A stretch of 64,000 nt of DNA from Octopus sinensis (taxonomy: Eukaryota). The notes under the pieces are model-generated. The model did no database searches and was not told the DNA's origin. It was given only the letters and a program-made list of their open reading frames with translations. Made by a program: the position numbers and the translations under genes. Position 1 is the first letter of the stretch. Every line of letters begins with the position of its first letter. Below, in pieces: positions 52,018-64,000 of this stretch. The DNA is taken from assembly GCF_006345805.1 (NCBI RefSeq), contig NC_043010.1, positions 51,336,001-51,400,000 of the forward strand, in the 5' to 3' direction.

Positions 52018-54598
52018 GAATGCGTGCATACGCTTGTATGAGTGCGCGCGAATGGGCGCAAGCACATCTGAATGGGCGCGTGTGTCTGCCAGCGTGTGGG
52101 TACGTATGTGTCTTCGTATGTGTACGGCAGTGTGTGCGTGTGTGTGTGGTGCTTGTTTTTACACACACACACACACACGCGTTACGCGCGCGCGTCATTA
52201 AATACCAACCATTACATTCAATTTTGTATGGTTATTTAGGTATGCAAGAAGCGCGAACGTAAGCAGACAGTCAGACGGAGAGGTTGTAAAAAAAGAACGA
52301 AACGAAGCCGTTGTTAGTGTTTGCCAAAGTCTTGCAAGATTTATGAATTATTGTCTATGAGAACAATTACCAAATTGCTACAATCTTAGAGATAAAAGAT
52401 TATGTGTGTGAGTACGTGAGTGTGTTATACACACATGAGGTGAGTGAATAACATAACCACGTATACACACACACACATAAAAAAAAAATGTACACGTTGC
52501 CCTCTCACGTAAATAATATCTGCAATACATTCGTTCCTCACCTACCTACTGAAGTTGTAATTTGAGAGCCAAGTTTTATCGGTAGCAAACAATCTACCTG
52601 AGAAATTATGTAAAGAGAGATATATTCAATTAGTATCAGCCAAGAATGAAAATCCACCTCTCATATCTAGACACAAATACCAATACGTAGGATGTTGGAG
52701 AAAAAAAAATCTACCATTGATTCTGTATTAGTTTAAGACCTGATTTATGTGAGAGAAAGAACGAGACAGACAGACAGACAGATAGATAAATAAATAAATA
52801 AATAAATAGACAGACAGACAGATAGATAGAAAGATAGATAGCGGGGGAAGAGATTGTGGATGTTAACATAAACGAAACGATTATTTCCCTCCACATAAAT
52901 CTTTTATCATTATCTTGTTTCAGCCATTGAAACGCAGTCATGGTGGAGCACCACTTTGAGGGGTTAGAACGAACAAATCGACCATTACTTTTTCTCAAAG
53001 TCTGGTACTTAGTCTGTCGATCATCTTTGTCGAAACGCTAAGTGTACCTACACACGCGCTCGCTCGCATCTATCTACACATGTATGTGTACGAAGAAGGT
53101 CTATGATTAGAACAGTTCGTAATATTCCCGGTGATTTGGGATAAACACTGTTTTAAATTAATTTCGATTAATTATTTATCCTAATTACGTCATAGAATTA
53201 ATTATGTTTATTCCTGATGAAACAGCTATTGAAAGTAATTATGAACTGCCAGAGAAATTTATGCTTTTTCTTTCGCATTTTATTCCAAAATTACAAACAT
53301 TTTATTTACAGACAGATATTACTCCACTGGTGTGGTACAGTCGTAGAATGTTTAGTCGAACAAATCGCCCCTAGTACTAACTTTCAAAGTCCGGTACTAA
53401 TTCTACCGATCTCTTTTGCCGAACTGCTAGGTTACGGGTACGTAAACAAGCAAACGCCTGTTTTCAAGCAGTGCAGAATGAGGTGAACAACACAAAAACA
53501 CATACACAGGATACATATTAGGCCAAAAGTTGGTCGTCTGTGTGGATTTGTCAGGAGCTACAACATTGCTAGATGACCAAGACAATCAGTGGAACAAAAA
53601 CGTGCATTCTAAAAATGTTTAGAGGGGGGCATGAGCAATTTTGAAACGAAGATTTCTTTGGGAACCATCAAGGACGATTTATAGAGTTCATCTCCCAGAC
53701 CCTCCTTCATCGGCAAACTTTCGGGTCGAAAATGTCCAAGATAATGTCCAAGACTGACTGGCTTGATTGCGCTACTAATAAGCCATGTTAATTCAAAATA
53801 AATTTTAGCTATACAGATATAGTATGCAATAATACAAAATAACAAAAAAACTAATTTCCACCAACTAATGAAAACAGAAAGTATTTCTTCTATTCTGTAG
53901 CCTTATAAAGAAGAGCAGGTATTGCGTCAGAGACGAATTCAGCGGCCAACATGTCTGTGGAAGTAGGAGGATTGGCGCCTGTGACCTTTACAGGCCTTTG
54001 TGATATCAGTGCGGTTGATGTGCAGCTTGTACAATTATAGGTTGACGTTAGTGGGTGGGAGGACCTGATCAAAACACATATATATGCATACAAATATGCG
54101 CATACATTTATTTATACATACAATAACTAGCACACTTATCGCGAATATAGGAGGTGTGGGTTCGAATCCCATGCGTACGAAAAGCCTACTTTTTCTCCGT
54201 CAAGGGCTTATATGACCCAATATTAGACTATTTTCGTTCATCAATACACGGTGATCGCTTATAAGCATTAAGCTTATAAGAATACTATTATTTACAGAAT
54301 TGTCACTCGTATCCGCATCTCATATTATCACATATACACATATATAATAAGTAACTGAGATTCAGTTAAATTAAATACTTAAGTTGAAGCACCAAGTCAG
54401 TCCGGTATTATCCGCACAGCTCGAAGTAAGGTGAATAAAATCAAAATAAGTAACAGAATATCAAGTAGTAATGTAGTTTTGTTCTTAGATATCCTTGCTA
54501 CAACAGTGACACCATGAAATTCTTCCATCCTCTTACTCTGTTAAAATATTTGAGAAAAATTATATTAATACATCCTGTCTGTTAAAAACCCATATTTG

Positions 54599-54684
54599 TG
54601 CAGCTGAAGATAGCGCTGTATTTAAATTGATGTAATGATTGCATTGTTCAATTAAATGGAGCCGCTTGAAACGGTCGTACTGCA
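54599..54684 (+). ncRNA. Type-I hammerhead-like motif with extended stem II
   Basis: tgcag-CTGAAGA-t-agcg...(long hairpin)...cgct-t-GAA-ACGGTCGT-A-ctgca. Confidence 0.6.
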
Positions 54685-57299
54685 TTACTACTTGACATTC
54701 TGTTATTTTGATTTTGATTATATATATATATAGTTTATCTTTATGTGTAAAAACAAATCTGCTGCTACTAAGCTTAGAGCTCCACGTAGATTATCATCAT
54801 CCAATTTGCTTTAAGTACAATGGAATAAGCAACTACTATATTTAGTAGTATTACTAGTTACGATATACAGAGCAGATGTACGAAACATTACGATAAACAC
54901 AAGTTTATATAATGATTCTACGTAGGTTTCATCGTTTTGGTTGTTTGAAATTCCGTATTGGATGTTCCAAATGAAATTGTATGCTTAACCTCAACGGATC
55001 ATCAAGGAAATCTTTACTACCCAGCTCTTAATAAACACACGTCCGCAGAAAAAGTCTCCGCCATTCGCTACGCTGTCCGAATTGCCTTCCCCACATCACA
55101 CATGCTTTCTATGAGGACTTTACACGATCTTTAAATCGCAGTTTTGGATTCTGTGGGCCGCTTTCCACAAACAAATACGTATACGCACAAATAAATACAT
55201 TACACACAAACACAGTCTGATATCTTTTATACAACAAAGGTTATTCATGTTTGTTATACAATCTATGAAGATTTTACGTTATCTCTTTCTAATCTATTAC
55301 CAAACAATATTTGTTAATGAAATGAGATGTATTGAATAAACGTAAAAAAAAAAAAGTTATCTCCACAATTGTTTTATTCTTGTATTACATGTTCAGGATA
55401 CATGAATGGAACTACAGAAACAACATGGAATAAATCATTTACTCCACGATCTTTTGAAATATAACAGAACGCATGGGTTCCAAACATTGATTATATCTCA
55501 TAAACAATAAACCACAAAACACTATCTATCTATCTATCTATCTATCACATCTTTTACTTGTTTTAGTCATCAGACTGCGGACATGCTGGAGCACCGCATT
55601 GAACAACCTTTAATCGAATGAATCGATTCCGGTACTTTTATTCAAGCCTATTATTCTATCGGTTTCTTTGGCTGAATTGCTAAGTTACGGCGGACGTAAA
55701 CACACTGGTTGTCAGGCGGTGGTCAGGGACAAAGACACAAACGTAAATACATACATGCGCGTACATTTATAGATGTATACAGGTGTGTATGTGTGTGTGT
55801 GTGTAGGAGAGAGTGAAACAGAGAGTTTGTGTGTAAATGTATCTTATGCATATAATATCCATGACTACGTTATCCAATATGTTCTTCATTTAAAATATCA
55901 CGATGTAATTTGGCTGTTATTTCTTCACCGCAGTTGCTCCATCGATGATACCTGATTGCAGGTGTTGGTGAATCTTCGACATTCAAACTGGATGCCCATT
56001 TCGGAGAATGTGATTTAAGAAGCTGGTGTGTATAATAAGCACCAAACCAGTTATGTGAGTAGTACTCTAGTTTAGTACACTTGGCATGAAGTTTCGGCAA
56101 TATTTACAAATGTGTATATAGTTACAAAGAACGATACCATCAAAACTTGAGCGGTCTCCAGCTTTTCAATTTTTAACTGTCACTCATAAATAGAAACTTA
56201 GGATCTTTTCTTTTTGAACGGCATATGTCAACACAATTTCTAGTTAACTAAACACTTTTAAACTTCGTATACTGGTAGAATGTGTTTATAAAACATCATT
56301 TTTTCTTGGCTTTATTGAGAAAATTCTATAGTTTGTAATATATTTCCACTTTAATTTCGAGCATTTCGGCAATTTTAACCAATCGCTGACCTCCATTTAG
56401 GTAAACAACATTCCGTGCTGTATGAATATGTCTCTCCTTTAAGAAACAGATTGGGTTTATTTACATTTGCGAAGAAAAAAAGATACCGTTTCGTACGTGT
56501 GTATAGTTGGTTTGTTTGTACGCAGCGCCTGCTCACTCATAGAACAATAGTTTAGAAGCAGGCTATACCAAAAATAAGCTCAATAGGTAGTTTACTCAGC
56601 AAGCAACAGTAATTTTTCCTGCGTCCATTTTTCTGGACGCTATGCATTAATGGGTTAAAGTCAAACAATTCGACCACCAGTACTTATTCTTTTTTAAGCC
56701 TGCTCCTCATTCTATTCGTCTCTATTGACGAATCGCTAATTTACGGGGATGCAAATAAACCAACACCGGTTGTCAAGCGGTGGAGGGGGTACACACACAC
56801 GATGGGATACCGCACTGTTTCATATTTCTTTATTGCCCACAAGAGGTTAAATATAGAGGGGACAAACAAGGACAGACAAAGGGGTTAAGTCGATTACATC
56901 GACCCCAGTGCGTAACTGGTACTTAATTTATCGACCCCGAAAGGATGAAAGGCAAAGTAGACCTCGGCGGAATTTGAACTCAGAACGTAACAGCAGACGA
57001 AACACTGATAAGCATTTTGCCCGGCGTGCTAACGTTTCTGCCAGCTCGCCGCCTTATTTCACTGTTTCAGTCTACCAAGGTATTGGTCACTCCGGAGATA
57101 TAGTAAAAGACACTTGTCCAAGGTGCCGCACAGCGGGATTGAAACCGAAACCAAAAAGTTGCAAAGCGAGCTTCTTAAACACACCCCCATTATATATAAC
57201 CAACGTAACTTACAAACACTGCGGTTTCTAGCTACATCCGAGCTGACTTTATCTTCCTTTCTTTCAGATTCAGTGAATTTAATCTAATTTATTCTCCTC

Positions 57300-57460
57300 C
57301 GTATACATGTGTGCTCTTAACACCAATGCTGCTACGGCATCTAGAAAAATTTCTAGGTGGCAGAGCAGGTGTGGTGGCCATTTGGCAGTTCTTTATGGCG
57401 AAGCCGCAGTCCTGCATCAAGTGAAGACCAAGTTTGGGCACCTAACGTCCGAAATGTTAT
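57300..57460 (+). mobile_element. Possible mariner transposase N-terminal HTH relic
   Basis: LNTNAATASRKI...LYGEAAV...TKF resembles the Mos1-type HTH pattern; weak. Confidence 0.3.
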
Positions 57461-58357
57461 CAGGCATTCATATCTCTATCAGTTGGACAGTTTAGCTACT
57501 GTATCTTCAACTTCAAAAGTATTCAAAATGCCTCCAGAAAATTCACCATATACCTATAAAAGTATGCTAAAATGGTTCATTTTCGACCAGATATCGACAT
57601 TGGGAGAATTTCTTCTAGATTTACAAAGCATTGTCTTTAACATGAAACTTTCTCAAGTTCCGTTTGGAGAAAAATTACAAGAATGGAGGAGTTAACATGC
57701 AGTTTACCATCGTAAAAAAAAAAAGTGAGAGTAAATTGTCCTAAAAAATGAATGTAAATTGAAATATTGGATAAATCGGAATTGACGATAGTGACACGTC
57801 AAAATTTCATGTATGCCTAGCAATGAACGTTACTGAAAAGGCAATTCGGTGGCTTGCATGTCAACACATGATAGCCAACACAGATACGTATGTGGGAATT
57901 GCAATAATTCCGCACGGTTAATGAACTGTAGAGAGAAAAAAAAAATCAACAGGAAACGGTGGAGTTGTTTCTGTGAATTCACTTGATCTATATGAATTAT
58001 ACATTTTTTGTTTTGTTTTTTGTTTTTTTTTGAGAAGAGAAATCTGACTACCAATAATAATTCAACTAATGTGCATGTGTGTAAGAGACTATCCGTAGAA
58101 CGAAATTAGATTTTTGAACGAAAAGTGAGTAAATAATACAGCGACTGATTGGTGCAATTTCCCGAGAGATGTATGTGAGCAACACGGCATTCTTTCGAAA
58201 GAATGCCAGCAGCACTTGGAAGCTCAGTTCATCCACAGCAATTCAGTGGATTGGATGGTGCAGGAAACCCTACAACTGGAAATAAACAAATCCAAATATA
58301 TGCATCGGAAATATCACTGAAGAGAGTGACATGATGGGCATTTGGTGTTCTATAGAT

Positions 58358-58622
58358 TGGTTATGTCACGTAATATCGTTTACATTAACTTTGGGTTATC
58401 AGTCATCACTTTCGGTTTCTGTCACAATTACATTTCACTTTCGGTTTCTGTTACAAGGTTATGTCACGTAATATTGTTTACATTATCTTTGGGTTATCAA
58501 TCATCACTTTCGGTTCCTGTCACAATTACATTTCAGTTTCTGTCACAATTACATTTCAGTTTCAGTTTCTGTCAGAATTACATTTCACTTTCGGTTTCTG
58601 TCACAATTACATTTCACTTTCG
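58358..58622. repeat. Nested tandem duplication (~99-bp unit plus ~22-29-bp subunits)
   Basis: ggttatgtcacgtaatat occurs twice; cggtttctgtcacaattacatttca is repeated. Confidence 0.8.
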
Positions 58623-59114
58623 TTAGAACAATTTACTTTCGTTTCTCGAGGACAGTAAACTGCATGTAGATCGTAGGCGGTATTGCTTCCCAGTAAATTT
58701 GTTAGGTGAGTAAACCCAAGTGGGCAGGCCTAATGTCAGCATACAACCGCAGGCCAGAGAATAACAGCTAGAAGAGAGGGGGAAAATACTTGATTGATGC
58801 TAGGTGACCGCCCCCTAATGGTGGAGGAGCTTTCCGTTCCCATATTTTATTATCGTTTATTCGTTACTTTTTTCTTGTTTCCATGTAAAATCTCCACCCA
58901 CTGTCCCTCAGACCTTGGGATCCTTATGGGCAAATAATAAAATAAATTAATGCTATTATAATTAGTATTAGTTACTGAGTTTGAAAGAAAGCTATTACAT
59001 ATACGAAACCATATTAATCATGTAATTATGAGGCGAACTGGTAGAATCGTTAATGCACCCGACAAAATGGAAGACATTTGGAAGAAATGCACAGCGACTT
59101 TTCTTCCAAATTTA

Positions 59115-59274
59115 GGAATGGCTGTGTGGTAAGTAGCTTGCTTACCAACCACATGGTTCCGGGTTCAGTCCCACTGCGTGGCACCATGGGCAAGTGTCTT
59201 CTACTATAGCCTCGGGCCGACCAAAGCCTTGTGAGTGGATTTGGTAGACGGAAACTGAAAGACCGTCTCTCTCT

Positions 59275-59326
<52 letters not shown>

Positions 59327-59790
59327 TGTGTGTCTGTGTTTGTGTCCCCAACATCGCTTGACAACCGATACTTTGGGTCGACCAAAGCCTTGTGAGTGGA
59401 TTTGGTAGACGGAAACTGAAAGACCGTCTCTCTCTCACTCACACATATATATATATATATGTTTGTGTGTCTGTGTTTGTGTCCCCAACATCGCTTGACA
59501 ACCGATACTTTGGGTCGACCAAAGCCTTGTGAGTGGATTTGGTAGACGGAAACTGAAAGAAGCCCGTCGTATATATTTATATATATGTGTGTGTGTTTGT
59601 GTGTCTGTGTTTGTCTCTCCAACATCGCTTGACAACCGATGCTGGTATGTTTACGTCCCCGTAACTTAGCGGTTCGGCAAGAGAGACCGATAGAATAAGT
59701 ACTAAGCTTACAAAGAATAAGTCCTGGGGTCGATTTGCTCGACTAAGGCGGTGCTCCAGTATAGCCGCAGTCAAATTACTTAAAACAAAA
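59115..59790 (+). mobile_element. SINE family A with an internally triplicated segment
   Basis: cgaccaaagccttgtgagtgg...acatcgcttgacaaccgat occurs three times. Confidence 0.85.
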
Positions 59791-60798
59791 AATAATAATA
59801 AAAGAAAATGCCGCCTAAGATAACATTGCCTTTCATCCTTTCGGAGTTTGATAAAATAAAGTACCAGTTGGGCACGGCGGTCATTCTGATGCACTATGCC
59901 CCCACTCCTCGAAACCGCTGGCCATATGCCAAGTTTGCTTCGCATGCACATGGTTCCAGGTTCAGTCTAACTGTGACAGCTCGGAAAAGTGTCTTCTATA
60001 GCCTCGTGCTGACCAAAGCTGATGAGAGGATTTGGCAAACGGAAACTGAAAGCCCGCCGTGTGTATGTGTGTGTTGGCGCGTCTTCGTGTCTATGTTTGT
60101 TCCACACCGTTGCCTGACAACCGTTGTTGTGTTTATGTTCCCCATAAGCTAGCGGTTCGGCAAAAGAAACCGATAGGATAAGTACCTGGCTTTAAAAAAA
60201 AGTACTCCTTCGATTAAAGACTCCTCAAAGCGGTGCCCCAGCAAGGCCGCAGTCTGACAATTGAAACATAAGATAAAAGGTATCATTGACTTTATGTCTA
60301 ATAAATTAGAAATACATTCAAAATTTGCTCTTATTTCTATGACAAAGAAGAGTCGTACAGCTTAAGAAGACAAATAGTCAAGGTTAATAAAACCTTCGAG
60401 AGAAATGTCCTGACAATATTTACACACTGTTAACTTGTTGGTTTGTGCTTCACATATTATATTTGAACGTGCCTCTGACTATAGTAACAGATAATCAGCC
60501 GATGTTCTTAAATGCGACTATCTATTATTATATTTCATACATACCAATTACAAAATGGACGTCACATTCGTTACACACCGATAATAGTATTTCTATATCT
60601 AGCTTAGCTTAAACGCAGTTCAACTTGATAAAAGGTAAGTGGTTGGTTAGTTGACTTGCTATAAACTCTACACATCGTCTTAAAAATTGGAAAGGACACA
60701 TATATATTATAGGTTAATATCTAGATCCGCACCCGGTGGGAAAAATGGAAACGAATATGTGTAACAGGTGTAAGGCATCGTATATTAAAGGATATTAA

Positions 60799-60867
<69 letters not shown>

Positions 60868-62253
60868 TGTGTGTGTGTGTGTGTGTATGTATATTGTTTC
60901 ATTTGTTTCAGTCATTTGACTGCGGCCATGCTGGAGCACCGCCTTAAAGGGCTTTAGCCGAACAAATCGACCCCAGGACTTATTCTTTGTAAGCCTAACA
61001 CTTATTCTATCGATCGCTTTTCCGAACCGCTAAGTTACTGAGGCATAAACAGACCAGCATCGGTTGTCAAACGATGGCGGGGGGAGGCACGTGTGTGTAT
61101 ATACACACACGCACACACACACTGGCAATGCTGGAGCACCACCTTTAGTCGAGCAAATCGACCCCAGGACTTATTCTTTGTAAGCCTAGTACTTACTCTA
61201 TCAGTCTCTTTTGCCGAACCGCTAAGTTACGGGGACGCAAACATACCACCATCGGTTGTCAAGCGATGTTGTGGGGACACAAACACACAAACATGTACAC
61301 ACACACATACATACATATATACGACGGGTTTCTTTCAGTTTCCGTCTACCAAATCCACTCACAATGTTCTGGTCGGCCCGAGGCTATAGTAGAAGATACT
61401 TGCCCAAGGTGCTACGCAGTGGGACAGAACCCGGAACAATGTGGTTGGGAAGCAAGCTTCGAACCACACAGCCACGCCTGCGCAATGTCCACTTTTCCAT
61501 GCTCGCATGGGTTGGATGGAATCTGATGAGGCGAATTTTCTACGGTCGGACGCCTTTCCTGTCGCCAATCCTCACAAGTTTCCAGTTAAGGTAATATTTC
61601 GTATAAAAATACTGGGAACGAAGAACACTCGTTTACATTTGTCTTGTGATACTAAGTCAAGGAGACAGTAACACACACCGCTTACGTCTACGAAATCCAC
61701 TCACAAGGTTATAAAAGAAGACACTTGCCGAAGGTACCACGACGTGGGATGGGTGTATATGTATGTATGCTCTTTTACTTGTTTTAGTCATTTGACTGCG
61801 GCCATGCTGGAGCACCGCCTCTAGTCGAGCAAATCGACCCCAGGACTGATTCTTTGTAAGCCTAGTACTTATTCTATTGGTGTCTTTTGCCGAACCGATA
61901 AGTTGCGGGGACGTAAACACCGCAGCATCGGTTGTCAAGCGATGTTGGGGGGGGGGGTACAAACACAGATACACAAACACATATATATACGACGGGCTTC
62001 TTTCAGTTTCCGTCTACCAAATCCACTCACAAGGCTTTGGTCGGCCCGATGCTATAGTAGCAGACACTTGCCCAGTGCCACGCAGTGGGACTGAACTCGG
62101 AACCATGTGGTTGGTACGCAACACACAGTAATACCTCACTTTAAGAGGACCCACCTTACAAGACCCCGAGTTTGCGAGTTTTATTATAAGCTTTTCAAGC
62201 AAAAGATCGAAATTTTGAACGAAGTGCAAAAGTTTCTACTGCCATAACAAATA

Positions 62254-62338
62254 GACGGAGGTAAAGGATACGCACACCACCCGTTTTCGGCGTAACCCTA
62301 ACCCTAAACACCGGGTGTGCGTATTCTTTACCATCACC
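62254..62338. mobile_element. 85-bp mini-MITE with (CCCTAA) core
   Basis: ggtaaaggatacgcacacc / ggtgtgcgtattctttacc; flanked by aacaaata / aacaaatg. Confidence 0.65.
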
Positions 62339-62405
62339 AACAAATGCTTCTGCGTTTTACTGAGAAATTTATAGAGCGCGAAAAAAGGCTTCTAAGTGAA
62401 CAAGA

Positions 62406-62795
62406 GGTTAGCCATGATAAGATGGCTTCTATACTTTACATTATCGAGCGATTACTGTTTCAATCTCATTCTGAGATTTAATTATGCTTACTGTTCGTTT
62501 TTCGACATCAGTGGCAGATGCCATTAGAAAAACATATCTATTTGCAAAGGAGCCTTCTCTTTCATCGCTACCTGGTGGTTACCGCCCGTTGACGAGGGAC
62601 AAAAATCCCGAAACTAGTTCGAGCGTATCACTCAGGCTTGCGAGGAAGGGATGGCCTCCCTTTGCAAATACTCCAAGGACACAGATATTGTGTCTAAAGC
62701 CAGCTAGAGACGAAGATCTCTTGGGGCTATAAAGCTACAGTAACACCCCCTCCCCAATGTGGTTAGCCATGATAAGATGGCTTCTATACTTTACA
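62406..62795 (+). mobile_element. Hammerhead-bearing 355-bp retrozyme/Penelope-like unit with 35-bp perfect terminal direct repeat
   Basis: ggttagccatgataagatggcttctatactttaca at 62406 and 62761; hammerhead motif at 62583-62625. Confidence 0.75.
62583..62625 (+). ncRNA. Minimal type-I hammerhead ribozyme motif, U3:G8 variant
   Basis: cgcccg-TTGACGA-ggga-caaaaa-tccc-GAA-ACTAGT-T-cgagcg. Confidence 0.65.
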
Positions 62796-62994
62796 ATTCT
62801 AGGCTTGTTTTTTAGAAAAGAAATGCACAGGTGATGGTGCGCGCGAGATTAATGCGAGTGAAAGGGATTCCAAAAACTATTATAAAAATATTTTTTATTA
62901 TAAATGATCTTGACATTCTTTTTATTTTACATAAATTATTCTTGATTCTACAATTGTTTTATTGGAATTTATTTACGAGGATTATAAATGTTAT

Positions 62995-63201
62995 ACTCTT
63001 TTACTTGTTTCAGTCATTTGACTGCGGCCATGTTGGAGCACCATCTTTTACTCGAACAATTCGACCCCGGGACTTATTCTTTATAAGCCTAGTACTTATT
63101 CTATCGGTCTCTTTTGCCGAACGGCTAGGTGACGGAGACATAAACACACCAGCATCGGTTGTCAAGCGATGTTGGCGGGGACAAACACAGACACATATAT
63201 A

Positions 63202-63235
<34 letters not shown>

Positions 63236-63684
63236 TAATAAATAAAATAAAACATATGCATATATATAAACATATATGTACGTACCTACCTCTACATGTA
63301 CATATACACGCATATATGAGTACAGGACACCAAAAGGACGTCGAACACAATGAGAAACGAAAACATAGACACAAACCAAAGGAACTGGACATTTTTTTTT
63401 TTAAACAACGAAAAAATAGAGTACAGGACAATTAACACAAAGAAAAAAAACCCTTCTTCAGTCGCTATGGTTTCATCTACTCTACGTTTCGAAGGATAAA
63501 AGCGAGACGTATCTTCGACAAGAAACTTTCCTTCCTGCGAAAAGCAAATCAATTAAAATACTGAGATCTTTTCGCAGAGGGGTAAAAAATGGTAACAAAA
63601 ACAGGACAGTAACGACAGTACAAGGAAAAACAAGATAAGAAGGGCTGTTAACGCCGAACGAAAAAAGTATTGCGAACGCGGATT

Positions 63685-63735
<51 letters not shown>

Positions 63736-63895
63736 CGACGGGCTTCTTTCAGTTTCCGTCTACCAAATCCACTCACAAGGCTTTGGTCGGCCCGAGGTTA
63801 TAGAAGACACTTGCCCAAAGTGCCACGCAGAGGGACTGAACCCGGAACCATGTGGTTGGTAAGCAAGCTACTTACCACACAGCCACTCCTGCGCC
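62995..63895 (-). mobile_element. SINE family A split in its (TA)n tract by another repeat (~63240-63690)
   Basis: Tail half at 62995-63230, head half at 63730-63895. Confidence 0.7.
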
Positions 63896-64000
63896 TGAAG
63901 TTATGGGTAAAATATGTTCCTGGGAACGAATTCCGATTTATAACATTGCTACTATGGGAAATTATAGCTCTGCTTTACGAGTGGTCTCCGGGAACAAATT

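Noticed and set aside
60010-60055. CTGATGA...GAAAC inside a SINE
   Set aside because: Chance variant of the SINE consensus ccttgtgagtggatttggtagacggaaac; the stems do not form.
63440-63530. Minus-strand CGAAACGTA and CTGAAGA in a repeat
   Set aside because: Core halves are in an order and spacing I cannot fold into a hammerhead.

Overview
AT-rich, repeat-dense eukaryotic DNA. The SINE and microsatellite content looks like an octopod cephalopod; this is recognition from memory, not a database result. One protein-coding gene is supported, on the minus strand. Four phase-compatible exons (12153-12031, 8878-8710, 6876-6652, 4940-2998) encode a CARD, a Death domain, a long Ser/acidic disordered region and a C-terminal tail-anchor helix, the architecture of an invertebrate MAVS-like antiviral adaptor. 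A candidate ATG exon lies at 39115-39071, at a visible switch from CpG-depleted to CpG-retaining sequence. Almost all other ORFs in the track are microsatellite or SINE artefacts. The non-coding part holds tRNA-derived SINEs, LINE and mariner relics, MITEs and non-autonomous Helitron/Helentron elements. The most striking unannotated signal is about 9 minimal type-I hammerhead-ribozyme-like motifs with palindromic stem III. Several sit in ~355-410 bp units with terminal direct repeats and/or an inverted 5' copy, i.e. Penelope-associated, retrozyme-like non-autonomous elements; one has a tRNA-derived head.
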